A DNA stretch of 64,000 bases from Paragordius varius (lineage: Eukaryota; Animalia; Nematomorpha). The position numbers and the translations under genes are program-made. The first letter of the stretch is position 1, and each line of letters starts with the position of its first letter. The notes under the pieces are model-generated. The model worked only from the letters and a program-made list of their open reading frames with translations. It did no database searches and had not been told where the DNA came from. Below, piece by piece: positions 1-13,000 of the stretch. Location of the stretch: contig OZ176052.1 in NCBI GenBank assembly GCA_964247055.1, forward strand, positions 7,316,001 through 7,380,000, in the 5' to 3' direction.

Positions 1-544
1 TTGTAATAACCCCAATTACGGAAAAAACGGATGGCTTAACATCACCCTAATAAATATTTTGCCCATTGGTTCAAAATAAATATCAATTTTATTCGATAAT
101 AAATATATTAGTTAATATTTAGGGATATTTTTTAAAATAAATATAATTCCTGGTCATTGGCTCATCACAAGGGTTTAAAAATTCGTAAACCTCAATAGTT
201 TGTAGGATAGACCGCACTTTTAACATCTATAACTTAAAAAAGGAGATTTTTTGAAAATAGAAAAAAGGCTCATTTATTTTTAGGCGTTGTTTGTTTGAAA
301 GGTCATTGTATAATAAGTTGACTATAATTCTTTATTTTGTAATTTTTCAGACATAATATTAACTGTTTGAAATTTTACAAAATATATAAAAAAGCGAATT
401 TGACCCTAGTAAAAGATTAGGTTAACCACATATATCTTAATATTTAGATTTTATATGTAGTATTGGGTTGCGCAAATCGAGTAACTTCTGAAGAAGCCAT
501 GTGCATTTTTAAAATTAATATATAATCAATGTGTCATTTCCATT

Positions 545-1700
545 TAAGGGGTAGTCATAAGTGTTTACCGGTTTTTTGATAAAATCATGTAAGGAAACTA
601 ATTATTTAGTTAATACAAAACATCGAACGGCTTCTACATATTTGTCCCATCTCTCAGCTAATATATATAAAAGTGTCGTGCCAGAAAAACCGATTGACTT
701 TTGCGGTAAACCATATGTCAAACCACTTTCTAACTTCCTCAAAATTCCTGAAGAGCTGCTCTGCGAGGGTGCTTCATTGATGGTTGTATTAGTCAGACGC
801 TGGGTCAGAAAACGGGTGCGAAATTTCCCATTTTCAAGGTGTCTTTCACTGGTTTTTTTGTGTTAGGCTGCATTGTCAGTAGCAAATTTGCCATGTCTTC
901 TGGTCTATTCCGGTCATTATTCGATTAATCACGGATTAATCAGTCCTTTGTTGGCGATAGTGTGTGTATTAACGGTTACACCAGATTAAAGTTTAACTAA
1001 ATAGTATCTCTCTGTTCCCGCCAGACACAGAGCACGGTTTTTTTCCAGGAGGGATTTGGCATTGGTGACGCTTGGCAAGGGCCACGATTTATACGACTTT
1101 AATATACAATTAAAGTCATTTCTCATCACCCGTCAAAATCCGAAATGATTTTTCGTGACGCTGAAGCAGGACTTCATAAGACATTTTGCGATTTTAGATT
1201 TGACGTTAATCATAATTGCGAGGACCCATTTACTGATTTTATAGGTCTTTGCCCATTGCGCTTAGACATCTATTGATTGTTTTTTGTGGTGCATGTATGC
1301 TACTTGATTGTTATTAAGTGTAAGTTGGGTCATCTAATAATTCTAGCACTTTAGCGTCTTCGCAGTTGTGTGATTCAGCAGAACGTCCACATGCTTACGC
1401 ATGAAACCATACGTGTTAATAGGTAGAGCATGTCATATGCTTTTGCCAATAAACCATACTTTTAATAGCCTTTTCTTTTAAAAGCAACGCGTGCCGCAAA
1501 TGTTCTTTTGCAGGCTTAATATTTAACATAATTTAATGATAACAATAAGATGCCAGTTTTTGTCGCACTCTTGTATGTGTTGTTGTTTATTGTCAGATGA
1601 ACAAAATGGGGTCTTTCACAAATTAATAGTCTGCGAATTCGCTGATGTCATCTGTTAGTAAAATCGGTAATAACAATGACTACACCTAAGCAAGCAAATT
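545..1700 (-). mobile_element. Heavily decayed, internally deleted Gypsy/Mag-type LTR retrotransposon remnant
   Basis: Island richer in GC than its flanks. Frame-broken minus-strand translations resemble, in order: a zinc knuckle (RCSHC), a protease start (HLTINNNTYKSATKTG), an integrase Zn finger (HFG..VMRNDFNCILKS / CQASPMPNPSWKKP), the integrase core (ATDNA) and FLTQRLTNTTINEAPS..ILRKL. Boundaries are approximate. Confidence 0.45.
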
Positions 1701-3138
1701 AATATTTCATAATACACACAACAAAATTCAGGTCATAAATCCCAAATAATAATTTGATATTTTACGTTTTTTGGAGGCCATTGGATTATATAAGAGCCGA
1801 GGTTTGGTGATAACTTTTTAAATTATGACATCAAAATAGATTATCTAATAAACATACATGCTTTCAATCAAAATAAATGCAAAATTTTGTTCTTCGCTAG
1901 AAAAGCATTAATATATTATGACACTATCAAAGATAATGCTGACTATTCTAATCAGATTTTATAATTAAAGATATTAAAGTTTGGGAAGCGAAAACAAAAG
2001 TCAGAAAGTAAGAAAATGGCTAATTTCGCCCCAAATGTCTCCCTATTATACTGCATCATAATTCGTAAAGCTAAATTCTTTGTCGAACATTTCATTTTGA
2101 TATTGATAGAAAACAGATTATGCATGTTCGTTCCAATTGCCACCGAATACTAACTAGGATATGAGTATGACATTCAATCTGATATCAGATTTCAATGCAG
2201 GAACCCCCACATTGTCGTTGTTAATATAAAGCTTTTGGCTTGATACAATAAAAGTTTTTACGCTTTAATAATAAAATGATTCTAAACTGTATATTATTTT
2301 AAAGAAAAAGAAGGCTTTCAAAAATCTAAGGAGAACGGCAAAAATTTTTTATAAAAAAGTTAAAACCATTTCATAAAATAACATCTGAAATAGATCAACA
2401 TAATTTTACCAAAATTTGAAATTTAATGCAAAGTATGCTTTTTAAAATTGATTTTCTAATATATATCGTGATCCCAGTTTTAGTTTTAAAGATCCATTAA
2501 AACGAACACAAATTGCAACCTTGGAAACTCGATAAAAAATAATTAAGTTATGAAACAAAATGGTTATACTTTTTAAATATAATTTATCATATATATTTGT
2601 GAAAATTATTTATAAAATGGTTTATTTGTAATTGGTGTAAAATTTGCTCTTGATAATTAATCTATGTTTATCAAAAGATTCATTAACCCACACTCCAAAA
2701 ACATTATAAGAATTACGCTGTCTCTCTACCAAAGTGCATATAATTCACCAGGGTAGCTATTTATTATGATGCCTTATCTAGTATGAAGATTACTTATTCT
2801 GTTTATAAAGGGTGACAGTAAATGTATCAGGGGCTGAAAATCCACTATTTCTTTTCATATGTTCTTGAATTCAAACTAGAAAACATATAAATCCTTTGTA
2901 TGTATTAACTAAGTTTGGCGCTCCATCGTAGAATTCTGCATTTATTTATATTTTGTTATTATATAATCGAATTCCAAATTTAATCTTAAGTTACCGCTTA
3001 ACCATTACAACCATATAATATAATCGTTTTTCTTTTATCCTTTTAACTGATAAAAAACCTAAAATAAAGAATGTTTCGATAGCATGTTTAAATATATACA
3101 ACAGCAGATGTGGCACAAAAGATAATCCATAAAAGAAT

Positions 3139-3885
3139 ATGATTATGTTTTTATTAATTATTTTATTAAGTTTGTCCTTGACCATGCAAAAAATAATTGA
3201 CCTTCGCGACGCAATAAATTGTGACGAAATACAAAATGGGACCCGAGCTATCCTTGTATGGCCTAATGGTAAAATTCTTGATGCAAGAATAGCCCTGGGT
3301 GAGGATAAGTCATTGTATATCATGTTTGGAAAATTCGATGAGGATTGGACATATTTGAATGAAATATCAAAAAATATTCAAATTGAATTAATCAATCAAA
3401 CAGATTTGCACAATCTACTTAAGATTGTTGAAACCTATTTCCAAAAATATGGCAGAAAAATTGAATTATCGATAGAGAGCGACATTATATTGTCTATGCA
3501 AAATCGTGAAAGTGTTAACCCCTCAAGTATATTAGTACGACCCTTTACAAATATCAGGAAATCAGTATTAATGTGTTTAGAACGAAAAACATATTCAGAA
3601 CTTACTCGAGTTACAATAACGCTTGATAGACAACACATTAGATGTTTTGGCTCGCCCAAAGGCAATAGTTGTGGAAAATGTGGACTGCCTGCAAATAATC
3701 AATTGTTTGGACCTTTATTTATAACTCATGTTTTTCTAAGCGCAAACGGTAGTGGTGCCTATGCAGAAGATAAGCAATGGAGAAGAAATCAATTTACATT
3801 CCGTGGTACTTATTATAAACTACTTTTAAAATTACAGGATTGCACATCCCACTTAACGGTTGATGATACCTTATCTGTAGATTAA
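3139..3885 (+). CDS. Intronless 248-aa ORF with predicted N-terminal signal peptide; unknown function
   Basis: A 747-nt ORF in very AT-rich DNA, where stop codons are frequent. It starts with a hydrophobic stretch (MIMFLLIILLSLSLT), has non-repetitive composition and a CFG...CGKCG cysteine cluster. No family recognised. Confidence 0.55.
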   Translation: MIMFLLIILLSLSLTMQKIIDLRDAINCDEIQNGTRAILVWPNGKILDARIALGEDKSLYIMFGKFDEDWTYLNEISKNIQIELINQTDLHNLLKIVETYFQKYGRKIELSIESDIILSMQNRESVNPSSILVRPFTNIRKSVLMCLERKTYSELTRVTITLDRQHIRCFGSPKGNSCGKCGLPANNQLFGPLFITHVFLSANGSGAYAEDKQWRRNQFTFRGTYYKLLLKLQDCTSHLTVDDTLSVD

Positions 3886-4499
3886 AAGGATATTTATACA
3901 AAGATTCAATAATATTGATGATAATAATAAAATGTTAGTGCTCGAAAATTGAACTAAACAATTTGTTGATTATATTTCTTAATCAGCAAAAAATTATTAA
4001 TTTAAATTGATCCTAATATAATTTTAGCTTTTGTATATTTTAGTTTCTCAATATAAATATCTTCTGAAAACACAGAACTTGAAAATAATCATATCAAATT
4101 CAGTAATAAATATAAAATTTCAATTGAATAAACTTATTTTTTATAAATATAATAGCTCCTTTTGAATTTTTTCCTTCCCTTTCGAAATAAAAACTTTTTT
4201 ATAAAGCGGGGATTACCGGTTTCCATTTTATATATGTAATTAAATGAAATGAATTACATGACCAGTTTGGCACTTAGTGATACAATTTATCAATTGGTTA
4301 TGTGTTCCGAATTCAGGTGAATTCGGCACGTATACTAGAAACAATAATTATTACGTTTGAATATAGCACTCAATTTGCTATAATAACCTGAACACATTTT
4401 AGCAATGCATAATACATCTGTATATTTTGTTGTTTATTATGCATTATCCAGATTCATGGTTTCAGAGGAATATATAGCTAGCTATCTTAAGTTAGTGGT

Positions 4500-5460
4500 G
4501 GCAATGAATCATTGATTAACGTTTGTAGTTCTTTATCGTCTTTGTTTGTCAATTCGAATTAAATCATATTTGATCGACTACCTAAGCATCCGATGTGGCC
4601 GAAGTATGCCGGTTATATGGATCAGATTGATATATTATTTTCCATTTTAATCGTCTTTGCTATGATTGGGTAATGCAGGAGTTAACGATTCTTTTTTTTT
4701 CTCATGATTTCATTAATCTCCTTGATTCGTTGTTGCTAAGGTGGATTCCGACTAACTGCAACATTGAAAATATATCTTCTTTCATTGCATATACCAGATC
4801 TTGTATTTATTTCGACTAATGTTTGGTTTGTTTCTTTGACTAGGAACCAACGATTCCTACGATATATTAGAGACTAGAATAAATAGTGATCGCATAGATA
4901 TTAACATTTGCGGTTTAAATATTTGTAATGGCATCTACTCTAAGAATAATGGGTTATGGATGTTTTTATTTAATGTTGGTAATAGCAACAGGACGCAGAC
5001 AATTTGGTTTTGCAATTTTTCGGAAAACGTAAAGGCTCATCTAAATTTAAAATTTCTTTATTTTTATTCATTTATAGCGTTAATCTGTCTAGTTTTTGAC
5101 CTATGTTCAGTTCCAGCCAATGAGACTTATTTTGTTAAACGTAAGCCTTGAGATATTAAATATTTTCAATAAATGCATCGATTCTTGTCGCCTTTTTAGA
5201 CTCTGGGATAGCCCAAATTAGGGTTTTCGAACAAATGGTTCCACATTTTTTTGACGAAACTTTAAAAATGTATGCGACCATATTAGTTTTATGGTCTCTT
5301 TCTCATATAAAAGCTCAGATTAGAATTAAGCGCATTATAGCCTTTCGGTAAAGCACCACTCGATGTTTGCTCCTATCGTTTGAATTAACGGAAAATATAT
5401 GGCCATATTCATTTCATTTATTTACCAAATGAACGAGATGATTAAAACGGGCAAATTATT
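4500..5460 (-). mobile_element. Possible decayed non-LTR retrotransposon endonuclease remnant
   Basis: Stop-ridden minus-strand fragments weakly resemble APE motifs (NIYAITIYSS; PAYFGHIGCLGSRSNMI; WAIPESKKATRID). Confidence 0.25.
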
Positions 5461-6624
5461 TAAATATTTTTATACCAAATGAACATCAATTTTGTAGTAT
5501 TTTAATAATATGATGCAAACATCAGATAAATTAATAAATATTAATAATGAATTTTCGTTTGAATCATTTAACTTCTTTATACTAAAACAAACATAAAATT
5601 TAAAATTAAGATATAATTTAATTAGGATATAAATTAATAAAAATCATGCCATAACTTGTGTATTATAACACCATAAATAATAGGGAATAATTTCTATACA
5701 TATTATCGTATATGGACAAACATAAGAGATCGTTTATAAATAGTGATAAGCTATATAATACGTTAGTTATAATGAGAATAACGTATAAAGCTTTTAAAAA
5801 AAATGGAAAAGTGTCTTTTTATATTTAAAAAATTTTGTTCGGTAGTTTCAGAGTAAATTATATATACCGAATATAAATATAGCGTACAATTAATTCTCCT
5901 TAAAACAAAAAGGTATTTTTACAGCTATTGACATTATTGGGCAAGCGACAACTTCAATTCTATTTTCGGTAAAATTCAATTATACCAAGAAATTTCAATA
6001 ATTTTATGAAATAAAACCGTGAAATTAAATAAATAATATTAGTTGAATAAAGTAAAAAGTTTGCATGTTTTGATTTTTTCAATTCCAATAATGCAAAGGA
6101 TAAATATTAAAATACTAATTACAATTTAAGTTCTTATTTTTCAAACGTTCAGTTGTCAGGTATAATTGTTTGATATAGTTTAATCGGTTATGTAGAAAAA
6201 TAAATAGAGGGAATATGGGGCTTAGAATTAGCTTGAAAAATAGTAAGACCAAATATTTAGTAAAAAAATAAATATAAAATTGAATTAACCCATCGTATAG
6301 GATTTAAATGTTGGAATAAGCGTTTTCTACCATATTTTAATTAATTTCAAACGATCAGTTTAACTATTGCGCGTGATATTTACAAAATACCATTTGATAA
6401 TTATATTAATGGCTTAGTTTTTATGAATTTGAGCTCTAAAATATGGATGCGTCTGTAGAAAATCAATCTGCCACATATAAAAATAATTATAATCTGTTAT
6501 AACAGCATAGGGTGAATTAAATTTCAGCGTCCATGGTATATTTTAGCATCAAAATTAAAACCAATGATAAGCAACGTTTATTTAGAAATTGGGAGATACG
6601 TATTTATTACTTATAATCATTTAA

Positions 6625-7058
6625 TCAAACCAAATCTTTTAAAACAAATGTGATAGATGGAGCGGATGGGATAATGTTGAAAAATTTTTTGCGGGACGGT
6701 TGACCCTTCCAATCTTTATATTCATCCTGCACTCTAGGGTTATTAAAATCTGGATCAATTTTTTCGGCACTTATTACAACCCTACCTTTGCACATGGCTT
6801 TAAGAGATTTATCAACAATTTTTACCTAAAAATATTAAAGTAAATTACATTAAGCCCTGGATGAAACAAGAGATGCTGTTGGTTTGTTAACGTTTCATCT
6901 TTGTAAATTAAATCACCTTCTTTTACAAAAGGTCCTCTAATTTTCCCCTTAGTTTTACTTCGTTTATTTTTAATCACGGTACTAACATATCTTTTTCCAA
7001 AACCTATTTTATAAATTTCATAACTTGTCCCTAAATAAAAACCGAACACTTGAAGCAT
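6625..7058 (-). CDS. MRPL27: Mitochondrial ribosomal protein L27 (bL27m); start codon uncertain
   Basis: Exons 7058-6849 and 6825-6625 are joined by a 23-nt GT-AG intron (6826-6848). Product: ...KRYVS..KGKIRGPFVKEGDLIY...QQHLLFHPGLNV / KSLKAMCKGRVVISAEKIDP...KKFFNIIP..TFVLKDLV*. This matches the bL27m pattern (G.R.G..K.EG...Q.H..WHPG..V...KKFFNVIP). 136 aa as modelled. Confidence 0.85.
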
Positions 7059-7096
7059 AATGCGATCAAAACAGTTGTAAAGCACGCTTTAACCAT

Positions 7097-10000
7097 ATGT
7101 CTTGTTTATGGGGTGGACGCTTTAATCATACAACAAACCAAATTTTAAATAATTTAAATTCTTCGATCGAGATCGACAAAAAACTATGGGAATATGATAT
7201 CAAAGTAATGTGTGATATTATATAATAGGGTAGCAAATCATATGCCAATTGTTTGAAAGATGCAAACATTATAACTGAAGTAGATAATCAAAGTATTCAA
7301 ACTGGTTTGGATACTATTTTTGATGAATGGGTAAATGGAAGTTTCATTATTAAAACATCAGACGAAGACATTCATACTGCACACGAAAGGCGTTTAAAAG
7401 TTAATTTCCGAATGTAATTTACGTTGCTCGAAACAAATTTTCATCAATTCATAAAAATAATATTAAATAGATCCTTCAATAATATTGATTGGAAATAAAT
7501 CTTTTGAATAATTTTTTAGGAATTGATTGGGGCAGAGATAGGCGGCAAGTTGCATACTGGCCGTAGTCGAAACGATCAAGTAACTACGGACGTTAAATTG
7601 TACATAAATAATGTTATTGGTCCAAATTTGCTAGACTCGCTTTGCACCTTATGTTATAATTTGCTTGTGAAGGCCGAAAAACTCTTACATATTCCCGATC
7701 TCTCAGCTACTAATCCACCTGATTTAAAATTTAATGGTGACTTAAACAATACAAATAACAAAAGATTATTGATGATACCTGGATATACACATTTACAAAG
7801 AGCTCAACCCGTTTTATTTTCTCATTGGCTCCTGAGTTATGCATGGGCCTTTTATCGCGATACTGCTAAATTGGACACAATACTAAACAACCAGCCTTGG
7901 GGCTTAACTACGCTAACGTTAGGGAGCGGAGCCATTGCTGGAAACCCGTTTAACATTGATCGTCAAAGTTTGGCCGCTAACCTTGGTTTCACTCATTGTT
8001 CCATGAATAGTATGGATGCTACGGGCGACCGAGATTTTATAAGTCGGTTATTGTTTTTTTTACCTGTGTATAAAAAGCATTTAAGATAAAAATTATCATA
8101 TTAAAACGAGAATTCCTTTATATATTTGTGGGAAAATTATTTTTTTATTTCCTACCTAGGTCCTATTGGAAATGGCCTATTTATAATTGTTTTGATTTTG
8201 TATTCAATATGGAAAGCTTATCAAATAATGTTACACATTTATATGACATAAATTGACAAATGAATATTTTTATTCATTTGTATGATCATTTTTTTCATTT
8301 CCCACCCAGTTGACTTATTGTACTGGTCAGCTTTGGTTAGTGTTCACTTAAGCCGTCTTTCCGAAGATTTGATATTGTATTCTAGCAAAGAATTTGGTTA
8401 CATCGAACTAGCTCAAGAGTTATGGTAAATTATTTTGCAAAGTGCTTTTACCAAATATTATTTTAAGATTAATACATGCAAATTTTTGATGAGCCTAACT
8501 TGACATGATATATAAATATTTTTACTTTTAAAAATACTAATTTGGCTAAATGCTATTATCAAATGATTTTTAGTTTAAAATTAATCTATGCAAAGGTTTT
8601 TTTTATCTTTTTTAACTACTTAATAATAACATTTTTAATTATTATATATCACAATATTTATTCTATTTTTTTATTTTAATCATAGTATACTTAAAAAGTC
8701 CTAGTTATTTTAAAATAAATTTGATTTTTGTTAAATTCAAATAAATTAATTAATAAAATAATTATCATCACTTCCACAGTACTGGAAGCAGTTTAATGCC
8801 ACAAAAAAAGAACCCAGATTCGCTCGAAATAATCCGTGGCAAAGCGGGCACCATAATTGGTAATTGTAATGCTATGTTGATTGTTGCCAAGGGTCTCCCC
8901 TCCACCTACAACAAGGATTTACAAGATGATAAAAAATTGCTGTTTGATTCTTGTGAAACTACCGATATTTGTGCCCGACTTATGGCTGCTATCATAGATA
9001 CTTTTGAGGTATTTAATTTAATACTCTTTTTATATATTGGCTTGGGTCTGACAGGTTATGCATGCATTTATTATTGAAATCATACTCTTTATTTGGCCAA
9101 CAAAGTCCTATTGCCACCTCCCCGTGGTGTTGGCTGGGGCATGAAAATGCGCTAACGGCAAAGGCCAGTTTTCTAATGATCTGTAAAATCATTAGTTGTA
9201 CACAAGGGCATGTGATTCGTAAAAAATTGCCTCAATAAACCATGAAGTATAATAATATGAATATGAAAGAACACTAAAACCTTATCAACATCTCAAATAA
9301 CAATAATAATTTAACTTATAATAATTATTTTGATAATAATTCCTATTTACACTTTTATACACTATATTTTTTTTGATATATACTTTGAATAATAAAAATT
9401 ACCAAAATAACTATGAAAATAAATAATTCCGTTAATAATAATAATAAAACAGTTCTGAAATTTGCCACATGGAATGTCGGTACTCTAGTTAACAAAATAT
9501 TAATGGTAACAAACACTCTTAGCCATAACAATATAGATATATGTTGCATCCAAGATGCCAGAATGAAAGGAGAGGGATTGAAAAACTTAGACGATTATAC
9601 ATTGGTCTATAAAGGAAATGACAAGGTACAAGGTGGTGTTGCGATTTTCATTAAAAACATCTATCGTGATAACATAATTGATGTAATAAGACATAATCCA
9701 AGAATGATTCAAATAAAAATATTGATGAATGATAATGTAATAAATATAGTTTTAACTTACGCACCACAATCTGGTCTAAGCGAAACATCAAAAAACGAAT
9801 ATTGGGAAGGCCTCTATGATTTGATGAAAAAAACTTCTTCTAGCGAACAAACTTTTGTTGGTGGTGATTTTAATTGCCATATTAATAATGATAGTAATGA
9901 ATACCATGGCGTGCATGGTGGAAATGGCGTTGGGGCCCTCGATAAGATGGGCGAGAGTTTGCTAGACTTTTGCATTGCAAATCAACTAATAGTCGCAAAT

Positions 10001-13000
10001 ACCCATTTAAAAAAAAACCAACCAGCATATAACATATAATTCCGGTGACCACTCATCTATGATAGACTTCATATTAATTCCAAAAAACATTAGGAAACAT
10101 CTAACCATCAAAACTTACTATCAATTCTCTTACCAACACAAGCTAATAACAGCATTTCTAATCATTGAGATAATCCGTAAGACCGCATTCCAACATCAAA
10201 AAATAAATAAAGCAAAGTTAAAGGATTCAAAATTATTAACCAATTATACCAAAAACACAGAGTTACATATACCTGAACGAAACAATGTTGAAACTCTATG
10301 GAAAAATTTTAAAAGCACAATTCTAACAGCTGGAAAAAAACATTGTGGTTTTACTAAACCAATGAGGTAACGGAAAAGCTGGTGGTGGAAAAAAGAAATA
10401 AAACCATTGTTGCGTGAAAAAGGCGAAGCATATAAAAAATGGAAAAGTTCCAAAAATAATGATGATAAAAAAGTTTATGATGATAAAAAAATGAGAGGTC
10501 CAAAAGGCCATTCGACACGCTATGAATTAAAAATCCGTTAAATTCGCTGAAAGTTTAGAAAAAGACTTTAAAAACCAAACGATTTTTAAAAGACTCAAAA
10601 ACCTTAACAATAGTAATAAAGATGTTGAAACCATAAAATGTATTAAAGATGATAATGATAATATAATAACGAATCCCTCGAAAGTCAAAGAAATTTGGAA
10701 AACGAACTTAGAAAAACAACTCAACCAAGTAAACCCGACCAAACGATTTAGCATGGTTTCACCAGTAGCTGGGCCCATACAAGAAATCACCATAGATGAA
10801 GTCTCAACTGCAATCAATAAATTAAAAAGTAACAAAGCTCCAGGCCCAAGCAGCCTTTCAGTCGACCTCATTCGACCCATCAAAAACACTGCAGAGTATC
10901 TGACAAAACTCTTTAACCAAATAATAATTACAAACCAAACTCCCAGCGATTGGAAGAACAGCATAATAATCCCCATTTATAAAAATAAAGGCGATCGACT
11001 AAAAACATCGTCCTACCGACCTTTAAAACTTCTGGAACACACACTGAAAATATTCGAAAATATATTAGAAAACAGGCTGAGAAAACATATAAACATAGAT
11101 TCGAATCAGTTTGCATTCCGTCCAAACAGTAGCACAATAGATCCCTTGTTTATCCTAAGACGCTTACAAGAAAAATATCTGGAAAAGAAACAAAAGCTAT
11201 ACCATGTCTTTGTAGATCTGGAACGTGCGTTTGGCCAAATACCACGCACCGTAATTCAATGGGCACTACGTAAAAAGGGAATAGAAGAACAAACTATACA
11301 AATTTTATTACTACTCTATAAAAATACAACAACCAACGTTAAAACCAATATTGGCAATACAAACAATTTCCCAACAAACGCTGGACTACATCAGGGTTCA
11401 GTCCTAAGTCCACTCCTTTTTATAACTATAATGGATGCGGCAACGCAAGACATAAGAAGTGAATGCCCTTGGGAAATGTTATTCGCCGACGACCTCGTGA
11501 TAATGACACGATCATGGGATCAACTGGTAAATACATATTCCAAGTGGAAGAAATGCCTTGAACAATATGGAATGATCATAAACGCCACAAAAACAAAAAT
11601 AATGATAACGGGTGAAAGTGAAACGCCCAGATACCCCTGTTCAGTAAGGAAGTCAAATTCCATTAAATGCATATCATGTCAAATGTGGGTACACAAAAAG
11701 TGCTCTAAAATAAAAGAAAAGTTAACAAATGTAATAAATTTTAAATGTTTAAATTGCTTAGACCCAAGCAATAATAATTTTAATCGACCAAAGCTACTTA
11801 ACATTGATGGACATGACATCGAATTGGTTGACTCTTTCGTATACCTAGGAGATGTCATTACATCTCAGGGAGGCCCACAAAAGGCTATCAAAAGAAGAAT
11901 ACAACAAGGTTGGATAAAATATAATCAGTTAAAATATGTTTTCCAAAACAAAAATGTTAACAATCGTAATAAATGGTATCTTTACAAGGTAGGAATAAGA
12001 CCTGCTCTTACCTATGGTTCTGAAACCTGGGCATTAAACAAAACAAATCAAACAAAACTCCTAACCAGTGAGAACCGAATACTCAAAAGCTGCTTTCGCA
12101 CACCAGAATTACCAATTTTCATTAAACAAACCGATAAAATCGATTATATAATTCAAACTAACAGATTGCGTCTATACGGTCATACTCAGAGAAGAGACGC
12201 CACCCATCCGTTAAAAACTGTTGAAAACATTAATGTTGATGGCAATAGAAGAAAGGGACGACCACTCTTTTCTTATAATGATAATATAAAAATGGACATG
12301 AATCAAAGTAGCCTTTCCACAGAACAATGTAAAGATCGTAACTTATGGAGGAAACTACTTTGTGGATACAAAACTCCGAATATGGAGTCCTAAAATTATC
12401 CATCCATACTCTTTATTTAAGTCCATTTTTCTGCATGCCCTTGCAAACGAGCCTTACATGAATGTATTTAGAAAGTATTTATAACCACTTTGGGCTTTTG
12501 AGTCCGCTGTAACTTTTATTGGTCCTACAACCTAGAAAATTGACTTAGTAAGCTAACGAATTTTTTTCCGCCACCAAAACTAAAAATTATAAAAGTCCTT
12601 CCCGTTGATTATCATTAGTGTTGATTTGTAAAAGAGGTTAGTACGCTAAAACTTTCATAAAATGATTATATTCGGCGTAGCAACATATAGGGTTAATATC
12701 TACCGCCATAGAATTTTTTGGGTTGCACTGCGCGCTTTAAATTAGTTACTAAATATCGATTAAATAAATAATGGTATAAACTTTATTTTAATTTTAAAAA
12801 TTGTTAATTTAATATCTAATCATCATTCATTTTTAACCTATTAAAGTTTATTTATTGACTATTTTGTTTAGCAACATATATATGCATATTTTAATTGCCT
12901 TGGTATGACTATGAGATAAGACCTAACCCATATCTACTGTTTTTGTCATTAGATTTGGATAATACAATGTTTGGGCTTACATTTTTATACAGGTGGTTTT

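Noticed and set aside
561-866. 101-aa plus-strand ORF
   Set aside because: It is antisense to the decayed Gypsy integrase remnant and shows no independent coding signal.
7205-7228. Stop-codon readthrough or a variant genetic code as an explanation for in-frame TAA/TAG in ASL and FIS1
   Set aside because: The segments have GT-AG ends and their removal restores the canonical alignment with no extra residues. Other micro-introns (20, 23, 26 nt) are frame-shifting, and all genes end on standard stops.
10244-11137. Several minus-strand ORFs overlapping the LINE (likewise 59207-60085 and 52082-53500)
   Set aside because: They are antisense shadows of transposon coding sequence.
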